Under the pieces are notes generated by a model. That model worked only from the letters and a program-made list of their open reading frames with translations. It was not told where the DNA came from and did no database searches. Shown piece after piece: positions 1-6,901 of a stretch of DNA of 20,709 bases; positions within the stretch are counted from its first letter, which is position 1; the number at the start of each line of letters is the position of its first letter. The position numbers and the translations under genes are program-made. The DNA comes from Bacteroidia bacterium (lineage in GTDB: Bacteria > Bacteroidota > Bacteroidia > Bacteroidales > VadinHA17). The DNA is taken from contig JAPLDX010000103.1 in assembly GCA_026391215.1 (NCBI GenBank), positions 1 to 20,709 on the forward strand, written 5' to 3'.

Positions 1-219
1 GAATTCGGACTGGGAGGATTCCCGGGACAATCGAATGACGGTGATTACGGCAATAAGATAATCGGTTACCTTGAAGGAAAAGGAATAAGCTGGGTATGCT
101 GGGTATTTGATCCTGAATGGGGTCCGCGGTTGCTGCAGTCATGGGATTACTCCCTGACCGATGGCGGCACTTTCTTCAAAAAAGCCATGCATGGTGAACT
201 CGATGTGCAGAAGAAATAG
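1..219 (+). CDS. Glycoside hydrolase, probably family 5 (cellulase/mannanase-like), C-terminal fragment; 5'-truncated by the window edge
   Basis: Not in the ORF track. Frame 1 reads EFGLGGFPGQSNDGDYGNKIIGYLEGKGISWVCWVFDPEWGPRLLQSWDYSLTDGGTFFKKAM...KK* with TAG at 217-219. EFG matches the clan GH-A nucleophile strand and GISWxxWxF matches the last strand of GH5. It lies next to a cellobiose 2-epimerase. Confidence 0.75.
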   Translation, partial: EFGLGGFPGQSNDGDYGNKIIGYLEGKGISWVCWVFDPEWGPRLLQSWDYSLTDGGTFFKKAMHGELDVQKK

Positions 220-224
220 AAAAT

Positions 225-277
225 TGGGTACTCGGTCCTCGGTCTTTTAACCACATGGCACCCAGCACCCAGCACCA
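225..277. repeat. Short heptamer tandem repeats arranged as an imperfect inverted pair
   Basis: Left arm GGTACTC-GGTCCTC-GGTC (227-244). Right arm GCACCCA-GCACCCA-GCACCA (258-277), whose reverse complement is (GGTGCTG)n. Both arms fit GGTnCTn. Flanked by an A-run on the left and TTTTT on the right. Confidence 0.6.
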
Positions 278-311
278 TTTTTCAATTAAACGAATCTTAA
301 ATTCAATATCT

Positions 312-1664
312 ATGAATCGATTATTCCTGACATCTGCCTTATTCCTCTTTCTGTTATCCTCATGCGGTAATTCCGGCAAGTCATCCCGGAAAAATGATTT
401 GTTGCCTGTTGCTGATGAAATGGAAAAACTCCTCATGGAGAATAACATGCCGCAGTGGTATCCTCGTGTAATCGATTATGAGTACGGTGGTTACCTGAGC
501 GATTTCGATTATAAATGGCAGCAGACTGATCAGCAGGATAAGATGATTGTCACTCAGGCCAGGCATGTCTGGACTTGCTCAAAGATGTATGCATTCACCG
601 GGGATACTATTTACCTTGCATATGCAAAGCACGGTTACAAGTTTCTCAGGGATGTCATGTGGGACAAGGAGTATGGAGGTTTCTTCAACCTCGTGACGCG
701 TGAAGGCAAACCGATTAATGAGGGTAATAATCCGTGTATCAGGAAGAATGCCTATGGCAATGCTTTCGGTCTTTATGCACTGGCGGCTTACTATAAGGCA
801 AGCCGCGATCCTGAGGTCATTGAAATGGCAAAGAAGACATTCAGCTGGCTTGAAAAAGGAAGTCATGATGCAAAATTCGGAGGCTATTTCCAGTTCCTTG
901 ACCAGGATGGAACGCCGTCGAAAGAAGGTATGCAATTCATTCCTCCGAAAGATCAGAACAGCTCTATACATATTATGGAGGCGCTGACAGAACTGTACCA
1001 GGTGTGGCCTGATGAACTGCTCCGGCAGCGTCTTGATGAAATGTTCCTGCTCATACGCGATGTGATCGTTAATGACAGGGGATCCCTTCAACTGTACATG
1101 ACTGAAACGCTCACGCCGATATCGCTTCAGGATTCATCAAAGAAAACCCACGAAAGAATGTATTTCCTTGATCATATGTCGTTTGGGCATGATGTGGAAA
1201 CAGCCTACCTGCTGATGGAAGCCGCTGAAGCACTTAATATTAAAGACAAAAGGACCCCGGTAATCTGTAAAAAGATGGTCGACAATGCAATGAACTACGG
1301 ATGGGATGCTGAAACCGCAGGAGTCTATGATGCAGGTTATTTCTATAAGGGAGAAAAAGAGGTCACTATTCTTCGCAATTCAAAAAACTGGTGGGCGCAG
1401 GCGGAGACTCTTAATACATTATTAATAATGTCGGAGCTGTATCCTTATGATCCCCTGGATTACAGCAACAGGTTTCTTGATCAGTGGAAATTCATAAAGG
1501 ATTATCTTATTGACTGGGAATATGGCGACTGGTACTCTGCTTCCATTGACAGAGAGCCTCTGGCAAAAGTAGACAAAAAATCACAGATATGGAAAGGCAA
1601 TTATCACACTGCCAGATCATTGATGAACTGTATTACCAGAATACGAAAAGCAGAACAGGAATAA
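312..1664 (+). CDS. AGE-family epimerase (cellobiose/mannobiose 2-epimerase-like) with a lipoprotein signal peptide
   Basis: Motifs: DKMIVTQARHVW (conserved Arg), NSSIHIMEA, SFGHDVE, WWAQAE, WKGNYH (catalytic His residues of CE/AGE). Start moved from 255 to ATG 312, which gives MNRLFLTSALFLFLLSS-C (SPII lipobox). Confidence 0.9.
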   Translation: MNRLFLTSALFLFLLSSCGNSGKSSRKNDLLPVADEMEKLLMENNMPQWYPRVIDYEYGGYLSDFDYKWQQTDQQDKMIVTQARHVWTCSKMYAFTGDTIYLAYAKHGYKFLRDVMWDKEYGGFFNLVTREGKPINEGNNPCIRKNAYGNAFGLYALAAYYKASRDPEVIEMAKKTFSWLEKGSHDAKFGGYFQFLDQDGTPSKEGMQFIPPKDQNSSIHIMEALTELYQVWPDELLRQRLDEMFLLIRDVIVNDRGSLQLYMTETLTPISLQDSSKKTHERMYFLDHMSFGHDVETAYLLMEAAEALNIKDKRTPVICKKMVDNAMNYGWDAETAGVYDAGYFYKGEKEVTILRNSKNWWAQAETLNTLLIMSELYPYDPLDYSNRFLDQWKFIKDYLIDWEYGDWYSASIDREPLAKVDKKSQIWKGNYHTARSLMNCITRIRKAEQE

Positions 1665-1668
1665 TCTT

Positions 1669-2394
1669 CTACTGGGGCTTTGTAAATATAGTTTCGTCGA
1701 CCGGTACGTTTAATTCGACCTTAGTCACCACCATAGACATTGTAAACTGACCACCAGCCATGTCCATGTCCATTTTATACGGCATGGCATAACCATCAGT
1801 CAGCCTGTAGTCTGAGAAAATAATTATATTTTCAACCATCTGGCCCTGCATATCGGCTTCCTGGACTGATTTTATCAGATAAAAAGTATTGGGGTCAAAA
1901 AAGTATAAAGATGATGTACTATCCGGAGCGGTCAATTTGATTTTAAAAGCCTCTACATCACCAACTGCTTCGGTCCCCGACAATTCGGCCTTATATCCGC
2001 TTTCGGCAAAATTTACAAAAGGAGCTCCAATAACTATCTGATCTTTACCGGAATTATACTGAGCTTCAGGCATATCTTCCGGTGTGGCAGAACCGGCCAT
2101 TGGATTGGTACTCCAGCCACCTTTGTCAGTATAGCATGTAATCATAGGACTGCCCATCATATCCATTTCCTGCTTCATGCCCTTGCCATTCAGCGTGGTA
2201 CTTTTAATAGCTATCTGCATACCCATGACATCCATAGTGCTTTCGGAATAAACAGATGTGATTTTATTCAGTACATCTTTTCCGCCAATTGCCTGGACAT
2301 ATTTACCGATTATTTCATCAGCAGTCTGCGCTGATACCGTAACAGCACAGAATAGTGCTATAAATGCAAGTGCAATAGATCTGTAAGTTTTCAT
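1669..2394 (-). CDS. Secreted LolA-like / outer-membrane lipoprotein-sorting-like protein
   Basis: SPI signal ...AVTVSA|QTADEIIGKYVQAIGGKD, a typical N-terminus for this family. Also GTEAVGDVEAFKIKL, YFFDPNTFYLIK, FSDYRLTDGYAMP and the C-terminus VELNVPVDETIFTKP. Confidence 0.7.
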   Translation of the reverse strand: MKTYRSIALAFIALFCAVTVSAQTADEIIGKYVQAIGGKDVLNKITSVYSESTMDVMGMQIAIKSTTLNGKGMKQEMDMMGSPMITCYTDKGGWSTNPMAGSATPEDMPEAQYNSGKDQIVIGAPFVNFAESGYKAELSGTEAVGDVEAFKIKLTAPDSTSSLYFFDPNTFYLIKSVQEADMQGQMVENIIIFSDYRLTDGYAMPYKMDMDMAGGQFTMSMVVTKVELNVPVDETIFTKPQ

Positions 2395-2425
2395 TTTTAA
2401 AGTTTTAGTAGTTCAATAATTATTT

Positions 2426-2433
2426 GCAAGTTA
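2426..2433 (-). promoter_or_regulatory. Possible Bacteroidota -7 element for the leftward LolA-like gene
   Basis: Minus strand reads TAACTTGC, a variant of TAnnTTTG, about 30 bp upstream of the ATG at 2394. Confidence 0.35.
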
Positions 2434-2448
2434 ATCAGATATTTTATT

Positions 2449-2471
2449 TAATATGTAAATTATACGTAATA
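2449..2471. promoter_or_regulatory. Candidate NrtR-family operator (GT-N7-AC palindrome)
   Basis: TAATAT-GT-AAATTAT-AC-GTAATA, with GT at 2455-2456 and AC at 2464-2465. 8 of 11 symmetric positions pair. It lies just upstream of the -7 element of the operon encoding an NrtR-type regulator. Confidence 0.55.
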
Positions 2472-2476
2472 ATTTT

Positions 2477-2484
2477 TATCTTTG
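2477..2484 (+). promoter_or_regulatory. Bacteroidota sigma-70 -7 promoter element for the GH43 operon
   Basis: Exact TAnnTTTG match (TATCTTTG), 34 bp upstream of ATG 2519 in an AT-rich divergent intergenic region. Confidence 0.65.
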
Positions 2485-2518
2485 ATATAATACAAATCCC
2501 ATTCCAAAAATAAAGATA

Positions 2519-4225
2519 ATGAAAAGATTAATCTTAATATTAATTCCGACTCTTATATTAATTGGATTTTCTGCACCCGTAAAGGAAAAGACATTCTGTA
2601 ATCCGATGGACCTGAATTACCGGTTCCAGGCATCTTCCCGTTTTGCTTTCAGGGAAGCTGCAGATCCTGTTATCACTATTTACAAGGGGAAATACTTTCT
2701 TTACGCATCACACAGCGGAGGATACTGGTATTCGGATAATATGCAGGATTGGAAATTTATACCCATAGAAAGTCTGCCCATTGAAGATTATGCTCCGGAT
2801 GTGATCACCATTAATGATACTACTTATTATATGGGTTCATCCATGGCTAAAAAAAATATTTACTGGACCGCCAATCCCTTTGAGGACAATTGGGAACCAA
2901 AGGAAAAAACCCTGCCTTTCGCGGTATGGGACCCTCATTTCTTTCAGGATAATAATGGGAGGGTATACTTATATTGGGGTTGTTCGGACAGGGTGCCAAT
3001 CAAAGTGGTGGAACTCAACAGTAAGATGCAGCCAATAACAGAGCCTGAAATAGTAATTACACATAATCCCCAGGAACATGGATGGGAAAATCCGGGTGAA
3101 TTCAATGAAAAAGCAAAGAATGGTTATAATGAAGGATCATGGATGACGAAATACAATAATAAATACTATCTCCAGTATGCATCGCCGGGCACTGAATTTA
3201 AAACTTATGGCGATGGGGTATATACTTCAGATTCACCTATCGGTCCTTTTAAATATGAAACGTACAGTCCTTTTTCATATAAACCGGGCGGTTTCATTGC
3301 CAGTGCAGGTCACAGCGGGACCTTCGAGGATAAATACGGGAACTTCTGGCATGTCTCAAGTATGACCATCGGTATACGTCATATATTTGAACGGCGACTG
3401 GGATTATTCCCTGCATGTTTTGACAAAGATGGCGTCTTAAGAACATTCACGGCTTTTGGGGATTATCCGACCATACTGCCCAGCCGGAAAATTGACTTTA
3501 AAAAAGAGAGTCTTTTCAGGGGATGGATGCTCTTATCTTATAATAAGAAAGCAAGTGCATCTTCTTCAACGGAAGAATATCCTGTTCAAAATGCATTTGA
3601 TGAAAATATAAGAACCTCATGGTCTGCAAATTCCGGGAATGCTGGGGAATGGCTAAGCGTGGAATTAGACAACAAAGTAACTATTAATGCCATTCAGGTA
3701 AATTTTGCGGATAACGAAGCAATGCTTAATCCGGATAGTAAAAACCTTCAGTATTGTTACCGGATTTTTGCTTCTAACGACCAGAAAACCTGGAAAGTAA
3801 TTGTTGATAAAAGCAATAATACGAAAGATGCCTGTCATGAATACATTGAACTCGATAAACCTGTAAAAGCAAAATATATCAAACTTGAGAACATAAAAGT
3901 TCCTGACGGGAAATTTTCTGTCTATGACCTGAGGATCTTTGGTAAGAAGAAAGGAAAAACACCCGGACAAGTGACCGGTTTTGAAGTCGAACGGGATGCA
4001 TCCGATCTCCGGAGAGCAACTGTGAAATGGACAAAAGATGATTCAGCCACCGGCTATGTTGTGAACTATGGTCCTGATATAACTAAGCTTTACACTTCAT
4101 TCATGATATATGACTCTGACTCGGTCCGGCTGACCGGATTAAATAAAGATGTTACCTATTACTTCAGCATTGATGCCTTTAATGAATCAGGGATTGCTTC
4201 AGGTACGCAAAGAATAACAAAATAA
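2519..4225 (+). CDS. GH43 glycoside hydrolase (xylosidase/arabinofuranosidase-like, resembling subfamily 28) with F5/8 type C (CBM32-like) and C-terminal FN3 domains
   Basis: Signal peptide. TFCNPMDLNYRF..REAADP (catalytic base Asp), VWDPHFF (pKa-modulating Asp), YNEGSW (acid Glu), SAGHSG. Discoidin motifs NAFDENIRTSW and GEWLSVEL. FN3 motifs ATVKW..ATGYVVNYG and LTGLNKDVTYYFSIDAFNESG. Confidence 0.9.
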   Translation: MKRLILILIPTLILIGFSAPVKEKTFCNPMDLNYRFQASSRFAFREAADPVITIYKGKYFLYASHSGGYWYSDNMQDWKFIPIESLPIEDYAPDVITINDTTYYMGSSMAKKNIYWTANPFEDNWEPKEKTLPFAVWDPHFFQDNNGRVYLYWGCSDRVPIKVVELNSKMQPITEPEIVITHNPQEHGWENPGEFNEKAKNGYNEGSWMTKYNNKYYLQYASPGTEFKTYGDGVYTSDSPIGPFKYETYSPFSYKPGGFIASAGHSGTFEDKYGNFWHVSSMTIGIRHIFERRLGLFPACFDKDGVLRTFTAFGDYPTILPSRKIDFKKESLFRGWMLLSYNKKASASSSTEEYPVQNAFDENIRTSWSANSGNAGEWLSVELDNKVTINAIQVNFADNEAMLNPDSKNLQYCYRIFASNDQKTWKVIVDKSNNTKDACHEYIELDKPVKAKYIKLENIKVPDGKFSVYDLRIFGKKKGKTPGQVTGFEVERDASDLRRATVKWTKDDSATGYVVNYGPDITKLYTSFMIYDSDSVRLTGLNKDVTYYFSIDAFNESGIASGTQRITK

Positions 4226-4232
4226 AATACAG

Positions 4233-5012
4233 GTGAAAACATTGGAAGAAATACATGATGAAATCATAAACGGTCATTTATATTATCTCCGCAATGTTTC
4301 TATCGATAATGTAATTTTCGGTTATCATAACAAGGAGTTAAAAGTATTGCTTCAACGACCGCAGGGGATCCATAAATGGGTATTGTCCGGTGGTTATATA
4401 AAGAGAACTGAATCAATTGATGAAGCGGCAAAGAGAATTGCCAGGGAAAGAACAGGACTGGATGATCTGTATCTCACACAGTTCATGGCATTCGGAAATC
4501 CTGATCGAACCACTGATCCCGATATACCCACCAGGCTTATAAGCAAGCTGGTTAATATAAAAGATGCAAAGGATTTCTGGATGTTTGATTATTTTGTTTC
4601 TATCGGTTATTATACCCTTACAGAATTTGAACTGGTGAAACCCAACGGTGAGTTCAATATGGAAGAATGTCAGTGGTGGGATATTAAGAAACTACCTCCT
4701 TTACTGTTTGATCATAGGGAGATTTTAGTAGCTGCTTTTAAAGCCATGAGACTTCATCTTTACCATTACCCTATCGGTTATGAACTGCTTCCGCATAAAT
4801 TCACTTTACCGGAGATCCATACATTATATGAAACTATCCTGGGAAAGAAACTGGACAGCCGGAATTTTGCTAAAAAGCTTATCTCCACAGGGATTATTAA
4901 AAAACTTAATGAGCGAAGAAACATCGGACCTCACCGCTCCCCATTTCTCTATATATTTGATAAAGTAAAATACGATAAAGCCCTTAAAAATGGTATGGTG
5001 CTGGCTATCTGA
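4233..5012 (+). CDS. NrtR-family transcriptional regulator (NUDIX-like sensor plus winged HTH; AraR/XylR-like)
   Basis: GTG start. VSIDNVIFGYHNKELKVLL, degenerate Nudix box GGYIKRTESIDEAAKRIARERTGL, AFGNPDR, LLFDH. wHTH region LLPHKFTLPEIHTLYETILGKKLDSRNF..GPHRSPFLYIF. Confidence 0.9.
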   Translation: MKTLEEIHDEIINGHLYYLRNVSIDNVIFGYHNKELKVLLQRPQGIHKWVLSGGYIKRTESIDEAAKRIARERTGLDDLYLTQFMAFGNPDRTTDPDIPTRLISKLVNIKDAKDFWMFDYFVSIGYYTLTEFELVKPNGEFNMEECQWWDIKKLPPLLFDHREILVAAFKAMRLHLYHYPIGYELLPHKFTLPEIHTLYETILGKKLDSRNFAKKLISTGIIKKLNERRNIGPHRSPFLYIFDKVKYDKALKNGMVLAI

Positions 5013-5030
5013 CCTTTGAATATCAGAAGG

Positions 5031-5912
5031 ATGAAAAAGAACCTGTTATTAGCGATAATTTCATTATTGACGTTTACGGCAAACGGGCAGGAAATTATCA
5101 AACCAAACAGCGAAGGATATTTCCATATTAAGATCAGGGATGGGATCTATCTGATATCCAATATGTCATGGGGCGGACGGGCAGAGAAAGGAACTGCAAC
5201 ACAGAATGCTCAGTTGATCATCGGAAAGAAAAAAGCTTTGCTGATTGATACATCGCTGCCCAAAGCAGGCTTTGCCGATTATGTTAAATCAATTACACCC
5301 CTGCCGATCATGGTTGTTAATTCCCATGGTCATGTTGACCACATTGGAAATGACAATCAGTTTGACGAGATATTTATTCACCCTTCAGATGAAGAAATGC
5401 TTAAAGAATCTTTAAGCAAAGCTGGTGATATCAATTTTAAAATCAAGTATTTAAATGATGGGGATGTCATTAATCTGGGAGGTCGTCCGGTTAAGGTTTA
5501 TAATGTTCCCGGACACACAAAAGGCAGTATTGTTTTCCTGGATAAAAAAACCTCCACTCTTATTACAGGTGATGCCATTGCTCGAAGACTTTTCTATATA
5601 CCTTCTGGTGAATGGACCGACTTTTCGGATTATTTCCGTGCAATTGAAAAGATTGAAAAGCTGAAATTTGACTCAATCCTTACGAATCACGATCGATTTC
5701 TGATTTCCCGTGATCTGGGAAGTCGTTTAAAACAAACAATTATAGACAATATTGCAACTGCATCTAAAACATGGACTGCCTTTGGAACCGTTTATCTTCT
5801 TATTAAACCGGAAACGGACCAGGCAAGTAAGACATTTCTGGATATTTCCATTACTAAAGATAAGAGGGACGATATTCTAAGTGATTTAAAACAAAACGGT
5901 TATTTGAAATAG
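5031..5912 (+). CDS. Secreted metallo-beta-lactamase-fold hydrolase
   Basis: ALLIDT, SHGHVDHIG (HxHxDH), PGHTKGS, TGDA and NHD metal-ligand motifs. Start moved from TTG 5016 to ATG 5031, giving signal peptide MKKNLLLAIISLLTFTANG|Q. Confidence 0.85.
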   Translation: MKKNLLLAIISLLTFTANGQEIIKPNSEGYFHIKIRDGIYLISNMSWGGRAEKGTATQNAQLIIGKKKALLIDTSLPKAGFADYVKSITPLPIMVVNSHGHVDHIGNDNQFDEIFIHPSDEEMLKESLSKAGDINFKIKYLNDGDVINLGGRPVKVYNVPGHTKGSIVFLDKKTSTLITGDAIARRLFYIPSGEWTDFSDYFRAIEKIEKLKFDSILTNHDRFLISRDLGSRLKQTIIDNIATASKTWTAFGTVYLLIKPETDQASKTFLDISITKDKRDDILSDLKQNGYLK

Positions 5913-5936
5913 ATTTATCTTTAATACAAGACTTCA

Positions 5937-6851
5937 ATGAAAACAAGAATCTTATTATCGCTTCTTATATTACTGGAAATTGGAAATGTCATTTCAGCTC
6001 AACAGGAACTAATCCCTCTGTGGCCAGGAACAGCTCCCGGATCAGAAAGCTGGACGCAGACAGAAGTTCAGTACCTGAATGAACAGGGTCAGCAAATGGT
6101 CAGAAATGTTGTAACACCAACACTTACAGTATATAAGCCAGATCCGGCCAAATCCAACGGTACGGCTATGATTGTAGCACCCGGCGGAGGTTTTCTGTTT
6201 TTATCATGGCAGACAGAAGGTACTGAGGTAGCTGAATGGCTGGCCTCAAAAGGAGTTACTGCTTTTCTGCTGAAGTACAGGTTGTCCAATTCCGGTTCAA
6301 CCAGGGAAGAATTTCAGAAAGCCATGATGGCATTATTCAGTTCAATCAGCGCGGCAAGCAATCCGGAAAACTCAGGTAAGCCTGAAGGCGATATTAACAG
6401 GAATAAGGCTATGTCGGAAATAGCTGTACTCGGACAGGAAGACGGCAGGCAGGCTATAAGGATAGTCCGGAACCGGGCCGCAGAATGGGGAATTGATCCG
6501 CATAAAATAGGCATCATGGGTTTTTCAGCCGGAGGAATGGTGACTCTGGGTCCGTTGCTGCAACATGATGCTGAAAGCCGACCTGACTTTGCCGCTGCTA
6601 TTTATACACCATGGGCAGATAATCCTGTTCCGGCCGATGCTCCGCCTCTGTTCATTCTGGTCGCATCAGATGACATGCTGACTGAAAAGGGAAGCATTCA
6701 GATGTATTCTGCATGGAAGGCAGCCAAAAAACCAACTGAACTCCATATATATTCCAAAGGCGGTCATGGCTTTGGCATGCAGAAGAAAGGATTGCCAGTG
6801 GATAGCTGGATTGAAAGGCTCGGAGACTGGATGAAATCTCAGGGATTTTGA
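5937..6851 (+). CDS. Secreted alpha/beta-hydrolase (carbohydrate esterase-like; BD-FAE/acetyl xylan esterase type)
   Basis: Signal peptide ..ISA|QQ. PLWPGTAPGSE, PGGGF (oxyanion loop), GFSAGG (nucleophile Ser), ASDD (Asp), GGHGFG (His). Confidence 0.88.
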   Translation: MKTRILLSLLILLEIGNVISAQQELIPLWPGTAPGSESWTQTEVQYLNEQGQQMVRNVVTPTLTVYKPDPAKSNGTAMIVAPGGGFLFLSWQTEGTEVAEWLASKGVTAFLLKYRLSNSGSTREEFQKAMMALFSSISAASNPENSGKPEGDINRNKAMSEIAVLGQEDGRQAIRIVRNRAAEWGIDPHKIGIMGFSAGGMVTLGPLLQHDAESRPDFAAAIYTPWADNPVPADAPPLFILVASDDMLTEKGSIQMYSAWKAAKKPTELHIYSKGGHGFGMQKKGLPVDSWIERLGDWMKSQGF

Positions 6852-6901
6852 AGCAACAAAATACCAGTAACAAGCAACTACTAATCTTATTTATCGATAC
6901 T

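Noticed and set aside
1-6. Window begins with an EcoRI site (GAATTC)
   Set aside because: It simply encodes Glu-Phe of the GH5 EFG motif. Other GAATTC sites occur internally and no vector sequence is visible.
225-282. CRISPR array or canonical intrinsic terminator
   Set aside because: The units are 7 bp with no spacers, and the stem has regular mismatches. Kept only as a repeat.
255-311. ORF-track start at 255 for the epimerase (likewise TTG 5016 and TTG 6848 for the MBL and GH78 genes)
   Set aside because: The extensions bury clear signal peptides, and the 255 extension runs through the heptamer repeat. The downstream ATGs at 312, 5031 and 6902 fit better.
5031-5912. Antibiotic-resistance metallo-beta-lactamase
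   Set aside because: It lacks the B1 Cys ligand and has a TGDA bridging Asp. The context is carbohydrate metabolism and there is no mobile element nearby.
5937-6851. Endo-xylanase label often attached to this protein type
   Set aside because: The motifs are a Ser-Asp-His alpha/beta-hydrolase triad, not a glycoside hydrolase.
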